In this document: positions 53,771-62,629 of the stretch, in pieces
Numbering within the stretch: the stretch's first letter is position 1
Layout of the letters: each line of letters starts with the position of its first letter
From: a virus
IMG/VR virus record: IMGVR_UViG_3300025682_000001
Span: 1-64,000 of that record
Reading direction: 5' to 3' (one strand)
Length of the DNA: 64,000 bases
Notes under the pieces: generated by a model
What the model saw: the letters and a program-made list of their open reading frames with translations, nothing else
Database searches by the model: none
What the model was told of the DNA's origin: nothing
Program-made: the position numbers and the translations under genes

Positions 53771-54043
53771 CTATGCGCGGGTTAGCCGCCTAGCCAGCTC
53801 AACCAGCTCTGATATGTCAGCCGGAGCTTCCTCTTGGGGGGCCGCCGGCGGAACGAGGGCAGGGAAGTTGCCCGTGAAGGCGCGCATCATATTCTGCAGT
53901 GCGTTGTTTAGCGCTTCAGTCTTCTGATAGTCCAACATCTCGTGCACGTAAGCATCCAGCTTATCAATGCTATGCGCGATGCGGTCAAGAAGGCGTATAA
54001 TAACGCCCATTACCGCTAGAGCGGCTACGCTCAGACCCAACAT
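53771..54043 (-). CDS. Small membrane-anchored protein (90 aa)
   Basis: ATG at 54043 overlaps the upstream stop (TAATG). N-terminal TM segment MLGLSVAALAVMGVIIRLL. Confidence 0.5.
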   Translation of the reverse strand: MLGLSVAALAVMGVIIRLLDRIAHSIDKLDAYVHEMLDYQKTEALNNALQNMMRAFTGNFPALVPPAAPQEEAPADISELVELARRLTRA

Positions 54044-54708
54044 TACGTATTGCACAACGTTCTCCTCTCGGGTTTGTGTACATAATACGCACGCGATGGC
54101 TTGGGCCCCCAAGCTTTACGCGTGGCGGCAAGAATGGCGCTCCTTAAGTAATCCAGCTCTTGTGGAACATCAAACGTAGAAACAACTATATGATGGTCTA
54201 GGTCGTGGGGGTATCTTGCGTCAAACTCCTGATCACAATTCTTGCAATAAGCCGTGCGCACCGCAACAGGGCCGCGGAAAACATCGTCAGTCATAGCAGT
54301 AGCCTCATCACCCAGCATCACCGGATTGACGTGTCTGATCCACAGATAGTTGATCGACTTTAAATAAGCGATATGTACGAACGGGAACGATAGCGAGAAG
54401 CACGCGTCGGGCGAACCTGTAGCGTGTTGTACCGGTACGTAGTACGGCACAAGCGGGCGCCCCGAGGTGGCGCACACGATATGGGCTACCCCGTTGACAT
54501 AAGCCTCTTCGTCATGCACGCTCATTGTCACCGTGGAGCGATCTATCCACGCCGGAATGGCTAGGCTATTGTCCGTGTGTCGGGACGACTCGTATATCCA
54601 CCTGCCATTACGTAATTTAGCCTTGAAGTCATCGTGGACTAATAGCCCGCCGATCTTGGCGCAGAGGTTGTCTGGCGGTCCATCGGGGGTCTTAAGTTGA
54701 ACGTGCAT
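54043..54708 (-). CDS. Hypothetical protein (about 221 aa)
   Basis: ATG at 54708 after CAGGAGG. Contains CKNC and His-rich segments. Confidence 0.55.
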   Translation of the reverse strand: MHVQLKTPDGPPDNLCAKIGGLLVHDDFKAKLRNGRWIYESSRHTDNSLAIPAWIDRSTVTMSVHDEEAYVNGVAHIVCATSGRPLVPYYVPVQHATGSPDACFSLSFPFVHIAYLKSINYLWIRHVNPVMLGDEATAMTDDVFRGPVAVRTAYCKNCDQEFDARYPHDLDHHIVVSTFDVPQELDYLRSAILAATRKAWGPKPSRAYYVHKPERRTLCNT

Positions 54709-54844
54709 AACTGCCTCCTGGTAAATGAGTGCTAAAGCATAATGAATTATGTTATAAACAACTCGGGACGTCAAGTGGTCGTTGGGTCATGGCGCTTTGG
54801 ATAGGCCAATGCGTTGTGGCCCTGCTTTTAATTAGGAGGCTACG

Positions 54845-55753
54845 ATGCCTGATGTGATGTGGAACTCCGGCAGACGCACCATGTTGTTAGACGAAGAGGA
54901 CCAGGTGTTGCATCCCGGCGAAATCAAGGATGCGATACCGCTGCTGCGCAACGGTCGAAGTCTCGTCGTGAGGGCTGACAGCGGCATGGTTGTCGGCACC
55001 TATACGACTGGGTGGGTTTCGTTCCCGCCGGTAGCAGACGACGCCCCCGGATGCTGCGTGGGCCTGAGGGACGAAAAGTTCGATCCCGAGAAGCCCATCG
55101 TGGTCATGCTGGACGGCAGCCGCATCCGGCTGCTCCCCGGAACAGCTACCAATCTCATCCGCGACGCGATCGGGGGGATGAGATTTGAGGGTGAGCAGGC
55201 GCGAACGATCGAGTTCTACGACCCGTCGGATCTCCGGCGTCGTTCCGTCACGGTATACGTGATGGGGGTTGACGTGCCGGGGGTCGACCAGGTGCGCTAC
55301 ATGGCTTTCGCGCGAGACATCCCGCGTCTGCCGTGGCGCGTCGAAGGCACCGAGGGGTGGAGGCGGTGGCTGAGCCTCCCGCGGGTCAATGGCACATTTG
55401 TCCGTGAGGATTTCGGGGTCATCCTCCGGATATTCGAGAGAGACCCCCTTGTGGACCCGGCGTTCGGCGACACTGCCATGGTAAGGCTACCATGGCCGGG
55501 AGCCCCGTGGCGTAGAGACCAGGACGGGCTCACCTATCTCTGGTACAGGGGTAGGGTCATGGAGCTGGAGGCGGAGGGCGGGATTGCCCAACTCCGCCGG
55601 CAGACTGGTCGCGTGGAAATGGTGTCGAGAGACGCCTTCCAGGACGCCGCGCGGCTCGCCGCGCTATTCGAGGTTCCTGAAGAGCCCGAGAAGCCGAAGC
55701 GGGTAAGCCGGAAGAAGGCCGCCGACGAGGTGGCAGAAGAGCCGGCTGGGTAA
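54845..55753 (+). CDS. Hypothetical protein (302 aa)
   Basis: ORF with an AGGAGG RBS. Followed by the hairpin GGGGGCGCC-ttcg-GGTGCCCCC (55764-55787). Confidence 0.6.
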   Translation: MPDVMWNSGRRTMLLDEEDQVLHPGEIKDAIPLLRNGRSLVVRADSGMVVGTYTTGWVSFPPVADDAPGCCVGLRDEKFDPEKPIVVMLDGSRIRLLPGTATNLIRDAIGGMRFEGEQARTIEFYDPSDLRRRSVTVYVMGVDVPGVDQVRYMAFARDIPRLPWRVEGTEGWRRWLSLPRVNGTFVREDFGVILRIFERDPLVDPAFGDTAMVRLPWPGAPWRRDQDGLTYLWYRGRVMELEAEGGIAQLRRQTGRVEMVSRDAFQDAARLAALFEVPEEPEKPKRVSRKKAADEVAEEPAG

Positions 55754-55806
55754 AGTCCAGGGTCGGGGGCGCCTTCGGGTGCCCCCACAACCCAGGAGGT
55801 GTGTTG

Positions 55807-56175
55807 ATGGTTGTTTGGTTGCTGTGCGTACTCGAGTTTTTTCTTACAGCGCGCGTGGACACTCACACGGCTAAGTGCTCATGGTATGGCATAGAATGTC
55901 ATGGACGCGAGACGGCCAATCAGGAGATATACAATCGCAAGGAGATGACGTGTGCTCACGTGAATGCCCCATTTGGCTCTATTATCATGGTGCAGCATAA
56001 TGGCAAGAGTATATTTGTGCGCGTGAATGATCGTATCCCTCGACACTATCGCCGGGAGATAGACTTGAGTGAAGTGGCGTTTTCCAGACTTGAAGACCTG
56101 GACATAGGGGTCATTGACGCCACGGTGACAATATGGTATGCTCCCAGGCGAGAATTAATTTTCTTCTGGCCGTAA
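55807..56175 (+). CDS. RlpA-like double-psi beta-barrel protein (lytic transglycosylase-like), N-terminal signal/TM
   Basis: AKCSWYGIECHGRETANQEIYNRKEMTCAHVNAPFGSIIMVQHNGKSIFVRVNDRIPRHYRREIDLSEVAF matches the RlpA pattern G-ASWYG--fhG--TAnGe-y----mTAAH--LPfg--v-V-N--NGksv-VrvNDRGP----R-iDLS. Confidence 0.75.
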   Translation: MVVWLLCVLEFFLTARVDTHTAKCSWYGIECHGRETANQEIYNRKEMTCAHVNAPFGSIIMVQHNGKSIFVRVNDRIPRHYRREIDLSEVAFSRLEDLDIGVIDATVTIWYAPRRELIFFWP

Positions 56176-56184
56176 GGAGCCGGC

Positions 56185-57114
56185 ATGATAATAACCAACA
56201 CACTAGGCCTGCCCGATGCGTTTGTTAAGGCAGCTAGCACCGGCGCATATCCGCCATCTCTATGGCGGCATAGGGTGAGTCAACTAACCGGCTCAGTCCG
56301 TATGCGCTGGTTTGAGCTAGCACGCTGGGATGAACTGAGGAGCGATGCTTCCGAGCGGCTATGGGCCATCATGGGCACCATGCTACACAACTTCATCGCA
56401 GAGCATTGCGGTGACAACGAGATATCAGAAGAGCGCCTGACCTATCATCATACGATAGGAGAGCGCTCCGTGGCGATATCCGGGCAGGCTGACCTGCTAA
56501 CTCAGATTGGCCCCGATAGCTACAGGCTGACTGACTGGAAGTTCTGCAAGGTAGCAGCGCTGTCTTATGACAAAACTAATTGGCTGATGCAGTTAAGATG
56601 CTATGCGTGGCTGTATAGCCTTGTGGGATTTCCCGTCAAAGAGGCTGAGCTTGTGTTGATCCTGCGTAATAGAGAGGCTTATAAGGCGGCGTTTACATTC
56701 GACTATCCACAATCTGACGTGGTGCGGTATCCTGTCGATCTATGGGATTTTAAAACGGTAGAATCATGGAGCCGAGAGATGTCCGAACGTTTAATCCTAG
56801 CCGATGAATTAGCAGTTGCCGGCGCGCCCGAGGACGAAGTCCCGCCGTGTTCTGATGAAGAGCGGTGGTACACCCCCGAGCGCTGGGCAGCTAAAAAGAA
56901 GCGCGCGACTCGTGCTTCTAGGGTATTTAATAATGAGGCGGATGCAGTGGCGTATATCGCCGCTCGCGAAAAGCCCGAGGATTATGTTATAGATCATAGG
57001 CTGGGTCGCTCCGTGCGTTGTGGTTATTGCGCGGCGCGTCATCTTTGCTCCCAATGGGCCGAGCAGCAGGTGCTGGAATCGGCCGACAACACCGAGGAAG
57101 GAGATAGTGAATGA
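56185..57114 (+). CDS. PD-(D/E)XK nuclease with a Cas4-type Fe-S cysteine cluster (phage exonuclease)
   Basis: GQADLL...LTDWKF (D...DxK). C-terminal C-x2-C-x5-C (CGYCAARHLC) plus an N-terminal Cys (EHCGD). Confidence 0.65.
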   Translation: MIITNTLGLPDAFVKAASTGAYPPSLWRHRVSQLTGSVRMRWFELARWDELRSDASERLWAIMGTMLHNFIAEHCGDNEISEERLTYHHTIGERSVAISGQADLLTQIGPDSYRLTDWKFCKVAALSYDKTNWLMQLRCYAWLYSLVGFPVKEAELVLILRNREAYKAAFTFDYPQSDVVRYPVDLWDFKTVESWSREMSERLILADELAVAGAPEDEVPPCSDEERWYTPERWAAKKKRATRASRVFNNEADAVAYIAAREKPEDYVIDHRLGRSVRCGYCAARHLCSQWAEQQVLESADNTEEGDSE

Positions 57115-57989
57115 GTTTCGTTGTCCGCGCTGCAGAGCGCAAGAAGGCCAAGCTACGCGTGGCCTTGATGGGACCGTCCGGATCGGGCAAGACTTATACG
57201 TCGGTGAAGATTGCTAAGGGTTTGGGCGAGAAGACCGTAGTGATTGATACAGAGCAGCATCGCGCCGATCTTTGCGCAGATATTATGCCATTCGGAATAA
57301 TTGACCTTGGCGAGCCGTATTCTCCCGAGCGCTATATCGAAGCACTGAAGGTTGCTGAAGAGTCTGGTGCAGGAACGATCATAGTAGACAGCTTGACTCA
57401 CGAGTGGTCGGGTATTGGCGGCGTCTTAGAGATACAGGCTCAACTGGCCAACTCTCCTAAGATGAATAGCTTCATGGCATGGGCTAAGGTGACTCCGCGT
57501 CACAGGGCGCTAATCGAGGCACTGTTGCGCAGCCCGGCTCATATCATCGTTACCATGCGGACGAAGACTAAGTGGGTGGTTAACGAAGAGGCTGGTCGCA
57601 GCAAGCCCGAGAGGGTTGGGCTCGACCCCGTGCAGAAGGATGACATTGAGTACGAGTTCATGGTGTCATTCCTGATGGACCATGAGCATAACGCGTATCC
57701 GGTAACAGATCACACGGGTCTCTTCGACTCGAGCACCGTGTTGAATAAGCCGGGCGAAGAGCTAGGCGAGCGCCTGTTGGCATGGCTAAACTCCGCGTCG
57801 GACCCCGAACAGCTAGCCGAGTACCGCACCCAGATGCGTCAGCGCATCATAGATTCGGGTAAGTCGTGGGAGGAGTATCGCGCTGACATGATCGCCAGTG
57901 GAGTAGAGCTGCCCGAGGCAGCGCCATCCATGTGGCGTCTCGATGATTACGTGGCCGTGCTAAACGCGCTTAAGGCGCGCGAGTCGTAG
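57111..57989 (+). CDS. Sak4-like / RecA-superfamily AAA ATPase (phage recombination)
   Basis: Walker A LMGPSGSGKTYT. VVIDTE. Walker B IIVDSLTHEW. 4-nt overlap with the nuclease gene. Confidence 0.65.
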   Translation: MSFVVRAAERKKAKLRVALMGPSGSGKTYTSVKIAKGLGEKTVVIDTEQHRADLCADIMPFGIIDLGEPYSPERYIEALKVAEESGAGTIIVDSLTHEWSGIGGVLEIQAQLANSPKMNSFMAWAKVTPRHRALIEALLRSPAHIIVTMRTKTKWVVNEEAGRSKPERVGLDPVQKDDIEYEFMVSFLMDHEHNAYPVTDHTGLFDSSTVLNKPGEELGERLLAWLNSASDPEQLAEYRTQMRQRIIDSGKSWEEYRADMIASGVELPEAAPSMWRLDDYVAVLNALKARES

Positions 57990-58101
57990 CGTGAGGTCGG
58001 GGGGTGTGAAGCGAATAGCGCTTTGCGCCCCCCTTGACCGCTTTGTTTTTTTAGTTTATACTATCAGCGAGGTACGATGTGGCCCCGAATGGCGAGGAGA
58101 G

Positions 58102-58926
58102 ATGATGATCGTACTAAACGGTGATACTCCAGCGTACCGCGTTGTATGTTTGAGCGATTTGCATACTGGGCACCCCATGGGGCTTGTGCCTAAGGATTCA
58201 CCGGTGGCTTCACCCGATTACACCCCACAAGGCCGGTGGCAGAACACTCTGCGTGAATTCTATTACGACCTAGTTAAGCGTTACGCTAAGCCGGATATGG
58301 TCATATGCAACGGAGATGCGCTAGACGGTCCGGGACGCAAGAGCGCCGGCATGGAGCAGCTGACTACAGACATGGCCATCCAGAGCGATATGGCATTCGA
58401 CGCACTAGAGGTATGGCAACCAGCTGATGGATACCGCATCTTGAGTGGCTCCGGCTATCATGTTGATGGATATGGCACGTGGGAGCGCACCCTAGCTGAC
58501 CGTTTAGGGGCTACCTACAATAACGAAGACTACTTTTACATTGAGGGAACCCCAATACACGTTCGGCATTATATTGGAGTGGGGGCAAATTCCGGCACGC
58601 AAGTCGGCATACTCGGTGGCGACGCCATCAAGATGCTGCTAGCGCGTGAAACCGTTAAATACCCCGAGGCTAAGGTGTTGATCCGCTCTCATGTGCATAC
58701 TTATACATTCGCGGGCACCTCTAAGTGGTTGGCAATGACGTTGCCTAGTCTACAGCTGCCCTTCACGCTGTATGGCTCTAGGATAGCCCCTAAGGCTTAT
58801 GACGTTGGCATTGTGATATTGGACTTTGACCGGAATGGCGGCGTGGCTTGGCATCCAGAGCTACTTGATATTAAGGTTACAGTTCCGGAAACCGATCATT
58901 ATTCAAGGGGGCGTAGGCGTGTTTAG
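58102..58926 (+). CDS. Calcineurin-like metallophosphoesterase
   Basis: VCLSDLHTGH (D-x-H), CNGDALDG (GD-x-x-D), GSGYH, IRSHVHTY. ATG at 58102 after GAGGAGAG. Confidence 0.6.
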   Translation: MMIVLNGDTPAYRVVCLSDLHTGHPMGLVPKDSPVASPDYTPQGRWQNTLREFYYDLVKRYAKPDMVICNGDALDGPGRKSAGMEQLTTDMAIQSDMAFDALEVWQPADGYRILSGSGYHVDGYGTWERTLADRLGATYNNEDYFYIEGTPIHVRHYIGVGANSGTQVGILGGDAIKMLLARETVKYPEAKVLIRSHVHTYTFAGTSKWLAMTLPSLQLPFTLYGSRIAPKAYDVGIVILDFDRNGGVAWHPELLDIKVTVPETDHYSRGRRRV

Positions 58927-59221
58927 GTCGCACAAGCGGCGCGCGGAGACGCGCAGCCATGGAGTCCCCGCGGGGGCGTTATGCGGAAGTACTGGTGGGA
59001 CACACACTGTCGAAATAAGCATTGACGACCTTGAAGCTATTGCGGCATCGCGTGAGGCTAAGATATTCGAGCCGGGAGAAGACGAAGTCATCATGAAGTA
59101 TTGGGGCCGCGTCCCAATTAAAACGCTCTTGCAGTATCTCAATCAGAACTTCAAGAAGAGTCACACGCTTAGCCAGCTAAAGCACAGGAGAATAGCGCTT
59201 ACGCAGCGTTCTAAAGACTAG
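58919..59221 (+). CDS. Hypothetical protein (about 100 aa)
   Basis: GTG at 58919 after AAGGGGG. Overlaps the previous stop. Confidence 0.45.
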   Translation: MFRSHKRRAETRSHGVPAGALCGSTGGTHTVEISIDDLEAIAASREAKIFEPGEDEVIMKYWGRVPIKTLLQYLNQNFKKSHTLSQLKHRRIALTQRSKD

Positions 59222-59346
59222 CTCGCCAACCACGTGTTGGTGGAGTAACGGGGCCGTCCTTGCTAGTCGGGGGCGGCCCCAGCCTTTATTCGCTTTTTTG
59301 ACGATAGTACTATACTATCGGTGAAGCATAGACTAGGAGGATTGAT

Positions 59347-59679
59347 GTGGCTCGCCATACAGTCGAACCGTATTGCGCTGAAGACCGGAGCGTGGGGTCC
59401 ACCGGCGAGGATGAAGTTAGGCTGCCTATGGCGTGCAGCAGCCTCATCTTGACGTTCGGGGGCGATGCTGCTGGTTATGACGTTTCGTTCAACAACGAAG
59501 ATACCTACGGCCCGGGAACGGACTCGCTGCGGAAGAAGCATTTCGAGCCCAACCAGGCGGTAACGATAACTAACTTCAAGGTGCGATCCATTAAGGTCTG
59601 CAGCGGTAATGGCGCCAAATGGGGATACCTAGGCTTTGTCAGCCCGCGCACGGGGCTGGCTATTAGCGTGGAGTCGTAG
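59347..59679 (+). CDS. Hypothetical protein (110 aa)
   Basis: GTG start after TAGGAGG. A TACTATACT -10-like box lies upstream. Confidence 0.55.
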   Translation: MARHTVEPYCAEDRSVGSTGEDEVRLPMACSSLILTFGGDAAGYDVSFNNEDTYGPGTDSLRKKHFEPNQAVTITNFKVRSIKVCSGNGAKWGYLGFVSPRTGLAISVES

Positions 59680-59681
59680 TA

Positions 59682-60095
59682 ATGGCAACGCCGCCATCTA
59701 AGCTCATAGCTAGGTTGCTGGGAGAGCCGAGCATCCCGCTTGCGGGTAATATCGGCATGCTGGACCGTCTACGCCTGAATCTGGAGCGCCACGCTCTTCG
59801 CAGGGGAACTGACGTTATGACGTTAATTGCAAAGGAGCTAGCTACGCCGCGAGGCAAGCGGGCGCTCCTAGCGGCCATCGCCGTCGGTGGGGCTCTGGGT
59901 GGGGGCAGTCTGGCGTGGACGCTAGCTAAAAACTCCCCTCAAGGCCCGTCACGGTTAGCCAATGCGCTAGAGCGTGCGCTATTTGCTGACGAACCGGAGG
60001 CGGTGCCGGACGTCATCCAGCCGGAGCCCGAGCCGGAGGTTATCACTCCAGCGCCGGAAGAGGAGATGCCATGGGGCCAATATGGGATGATGTAG
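59682..60095 (+). CDS. Hypothetical protein (N-terminal SKLIARLL motif family), one TM segment
   Basis: 137-aa ORF. LLAAIAVGGALGGGSLAWTL. Acidic Pro-rich tail. Confidence 0.55.
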   Translation: MATPPSKLIARLLGEPSIPLAGNIGMLDRLRLNLERHALRRGTDVMTLIAKELATPRGKRALLAAIAVGGALGGGSLAWTLAKNSPQGPSRLANALERALFADEPEAVPDVIQPEPEPEVITPAPEEEMPWGQYGMM

Positions 60096-60376
60096 AGCAA
60101 GACAAGACGGCTGGCATTGGCAGCTATTTGCAGGCATTGCGCTACCGAATGGGGCTGGGCAAGATGGCGCCAGGCTTTTTGGCCAGAGCCCAGCGCAACG
60201 CTCTCGAGCTCAACCAGGCCAAGCTAGACATTGACAAGCTTACCAAGAGCAACAACATGTTTAAGCTTCTCACCGCAGGCGGCATAGGGGCTGCGGTAAT
60301 GGCGCTGCTTAACTCCAAGCACAAGCGTGAATCTAAAGAAGGCGGTGCGCCTACAATCATAAGGTACGGTAGCTGA
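60071..60376 (+). CDS. Hypothetical protein (SYLQALRYRM motif family), one TM segment
   Basis: 101-aa ORF with a GAGGAG RBS. LLTAGGIGAAVMALL. Confidence 0.55.
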   Translation: MGPIWDDVEQDKTAGIGSYLQALRYRMGLGKMAPGFLARAQRNALELNQAKLDIDKLTKSNNMFKLLTAGGIGAAVMALLNSKHKRESKEGGAPTIIRYGS

Positions 60377-60660
60377 TGGATACATATCTCGGGACGCTAC
60401 GCGCGAAACTAGCAGCTGCGCCGTTTAAGCTAGAGCCCGGCAAGATCAACGCCATGGCGGAGTTGATGCAAATCCTCGGCGGGGGGCGTTACGGCGCGAC
60501 AAGCGGTGGGTTGATGAACTTTGGGCCTACTGTGTCTCAGTGGGCTAAGACTAACCCCGGCTGGGCAATAGGAAGCGGACTAGTGGGCCTGAATCTTCTC
60601 CCCGACCTTCTGGGGGGAGTGCCCATTATAGGCAACATGTTCCGCAGAAATCAGAGGTAG
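60376..60660 (+). CDS. Hypothetical protein (TYLGTLRAKLA motif family)
   Basis: 94-aa ORF. ATG overlaps the previous stop (TGATG). Confidence 0.55.
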   Translation: MDTYLGTLRAKLAAAPFKLEPGKINAMAELMQILGGGRYGATSGGLMNFGPTVSQWAKTNPGWAIGSGLVGLNLLPDLLGGVPIIGNMFRRNQR

Positions 60661-60662
60661 TC

Positions 60663-61610
60663 ATGCGACTAGCTGAACTACTAAAAGAAGCCGCATCTGC
60701 CACGGGGACCACGGCGCAGTCCGTCAAGGTGAGCCAGCCTCCCAAAGTGAAGACTCCCGCGCCAGTATTGCCGACGGCGGCTAAGATAAAGGCTCCTGCG
60801 GTAAAAGCCGTCCAGGCGCCTAAAATCCCCACCGTCAAGCCTCCAACCGCCTCTATGCCGAGAGTTGTCTCCGGCCTGGAGATCGCCCTGCCATCGGCGA
60901 ATGAAATCCTAGCGGATTCGTTCGGCGTAAACACCAAAGCGGCGTCTATGAAGAAAGAGGCGATAACCCCCGGATTGCTAGCGGCTGGGCTAGCTCTCCC
61001 CTTGCTTTTGGGGGGCGGCATGATGGCTGGCGGTCGCGCTGCTGCCACCAGGGGATACCCGCAGCGGCTAATCAACTTGTCTTATGAGCCAACGGTGGGA
61101 GGGTGGCTTGCCAGGAGACTGGTGGGCACCAATATCCCCACCCGCCAAGCTACATTCACGGGGAAGCGCCTCCCTGCCAGCGTGCTATCCGGGCTGACTG
61201 ATGCTCAACTTGTTAATGCCGAGGGATACCTGCCGGCGCATATTCGGAAGGGTATTCAGGCAGACATCACCAACTTCGGATTCAGCCCACGGGCTCAAAC
61301 GCTCAGGCTTAGCAATGCCGAGAACGCCATGAGGCGAGCCGTGGCGCAGGGGGTAGACCCCAATGTTGCGAATGTAACATCACTGCAAACCGCCGGTCTA
61401 CCGGAGCAGGCTAAGGAGATGCAACAGGCCATGTCTACGGCGGCTACTAAGCCCTCCGGTGGTTCTCCCTGGAAGTGGTTGCTTGGTGGCGCCTTGGCAA
61501 TGTCGGCTCTAAATGGGGGCTTGGGCGACATCCTTGGCTTGAATAGGCGAGACGACCGTCAGCAGACTCGCCCGATGCCGATGATGACTATGCCCATGAT
61601 GTATATGTGA
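60663..61610 (+). CDS. Low-complexity Ala/Pro/Lys-rich protein with a Met-rich C-terminus
   Basis: 315-aa ORF. The C-terminus PWKWLLGGALAMSALNGGLG...RPMPMMTMPMMYM is paralogous to the next gene. Confidence 0.6.
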   Translation: MRLAELLKEAASATGTTAQSVKVSQPPKVKTPAPVLPTAAKIKAPAVKAVQAPKIPTVKPPTASMPRVVSGLEIALPSANEILADSFGVNTKAASMKKEAITPGLLAAGLALPLLLGGGMMAGGRAAATRGYPQRLINLSYEPTVGGWLARRLVGTNIPTRQATFTGKRLPASVLSGLTDAQLVNAEGYLPAHIRKGIQADITNFGFSPRAQTLRLSNAENAMRRAVAQGVDPNVANVTSLQTAGLPEQAKEMQQAMSTAATKPSGGSPWKWLLGGALAMSALNGGLGDILGLNRRDDRQQTRPMPMMTMPMMYM

Positions 61611-61614
61611 TAAC

Positions 61615-62268
61615 ATGGGACGCTTAACTAATCTCAGAACGAAGCTGGCGATATACGGACCGTGGGACACGTTTGACAACGCAATGCACATACCCGGCAC
61701 ATACGGCGCCACCCCGCTACTCCCGCAAGGCCCTGAGGGGGCGTGGCTAATGAGCCAGGGCGGCGGTCCGCTTAGAGATCGGCGCTCCACATTCCAGCGC
61801 TTGCTAGGCGACGAACAGCGCAGAGCGGCAATAGCCAAGGCTAACGCCAGAGCTAGGGCGGCGGCTAGGCGTAATGCATCACAGCCCAAAGCTAAAGTGC
61901 CGCGTCCGGCAATAGATCCGTGGTCGACTATTGATCCCAAGAGCATCCCGGTGCAGAGGGCGCGCGCTACTGCCGGGGCACCCCCTCCGGCAGCGCCATT
62001 GGAGGTCCCACCGCAGATCCCCCCAGCAGCGCCGCAGAAAATCCCGCCACGGATTCCCCAGGCAGCAGCGCAGACGCCTAAGTCGGCTCCCGCGGCGCAG
62101 GCGGCGACTCAAGCCGCCACACAGCCCTCAGGCCCCGGGGGCATCCCATGGGGATGGCTGATAGGCGGAGCCTTGATCGGTCAGCTGCTCAATGGCATGG
62201 GCAGGCGCAGAGATGATGAGGGGTATTATCCCCCTCGGCGCGCTCCCGTGATGATGATGTATGGGTGA
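61615..62268 (+). CDS. Low-complexity Pro/Ala-rich protein with a Met-rich C-terminus (LTNLRTKLA motif family)
   Basis: 217-aa ORF. C-terminus PWGWLIGGALIGQLLNGMG...RRAPVMMMYG. Confidence 0.6.
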   Translation: MGRLTNLRTKLAIYGPWDTFDNAMHIPGTYGATPLLPQGPEGAWLMSQGGGPLRDRRSTFQRLLGDEQRRAAIAKANARARAAARRNASQPKAKVPRPAIDPWSTIDPKSIPVQRARATAGAPPPAAPLEVPPQIPPAAPQKIPPRIPQAAAQTPKSAPAAQAATQAATQPSGPGGIPWGWLIGGALIGQLLNGMGRRRDDEGYYPPRRAPVMMMYG

Positions 62269-62629
62269 CGACGTTAGCTACCTGGGCGCGTTGCGCGCTA
62301 AATTAGCGTGGACCAATCCAATGCCATCCGGTGGGTTTCCTGTCGCCCAAACTCCGGCTGCCGCTGGCGGGCTTAGGGGCTTGTGGGGGCGCATGGGGGC
62401 TGGAGGCAGGGCTGGAGCCATAGGGATGATTGCCATGTCTGTATTGCCATCAATCCTTAACATGGTAACTGGTAATCAGCAAGCCATGGCAGAGGGGCGC
62501 GCGGCCATGCAACAAGCCATGCCGTTGCCCACTGCCCCCACGATGATGCAGCCTAATATGCCCATGCAGATGATGCAGGATCCGATGACGTTCAACAGCT
62601 TTAGGATGCCCAATGTAAGTATTGGATGA
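62261..62629 (+). CDS. Met-rich protein (SYLGALRAKLA motif family)
   Basis: 122-aa ORF. Contains MQQAMPLPTAPTMMQPNMPMQMMQDPM. Confidence 0.55.
   Translation: MGDDVSYLGALRAKLAWTNPMPSGGFPVAQTPAAAGGLRGLWGRMGAGGRAGAIGMIAMSVLPSILNMVTGNQQAMAEGRAAMQQAMPLPTAPTMMQPNMPMQMMQDPMTFNSFRMPNVSIG

Noticed and set aside
61509-62161. Minus-strand ORFs 61509-61946 and 61879-62112, and plus-strand alternative frame 61931-62161
   Set aside because: They are Arg-rich off-frame readings of the Pro/Ala-rich gene 61615-62268, without start-site support.
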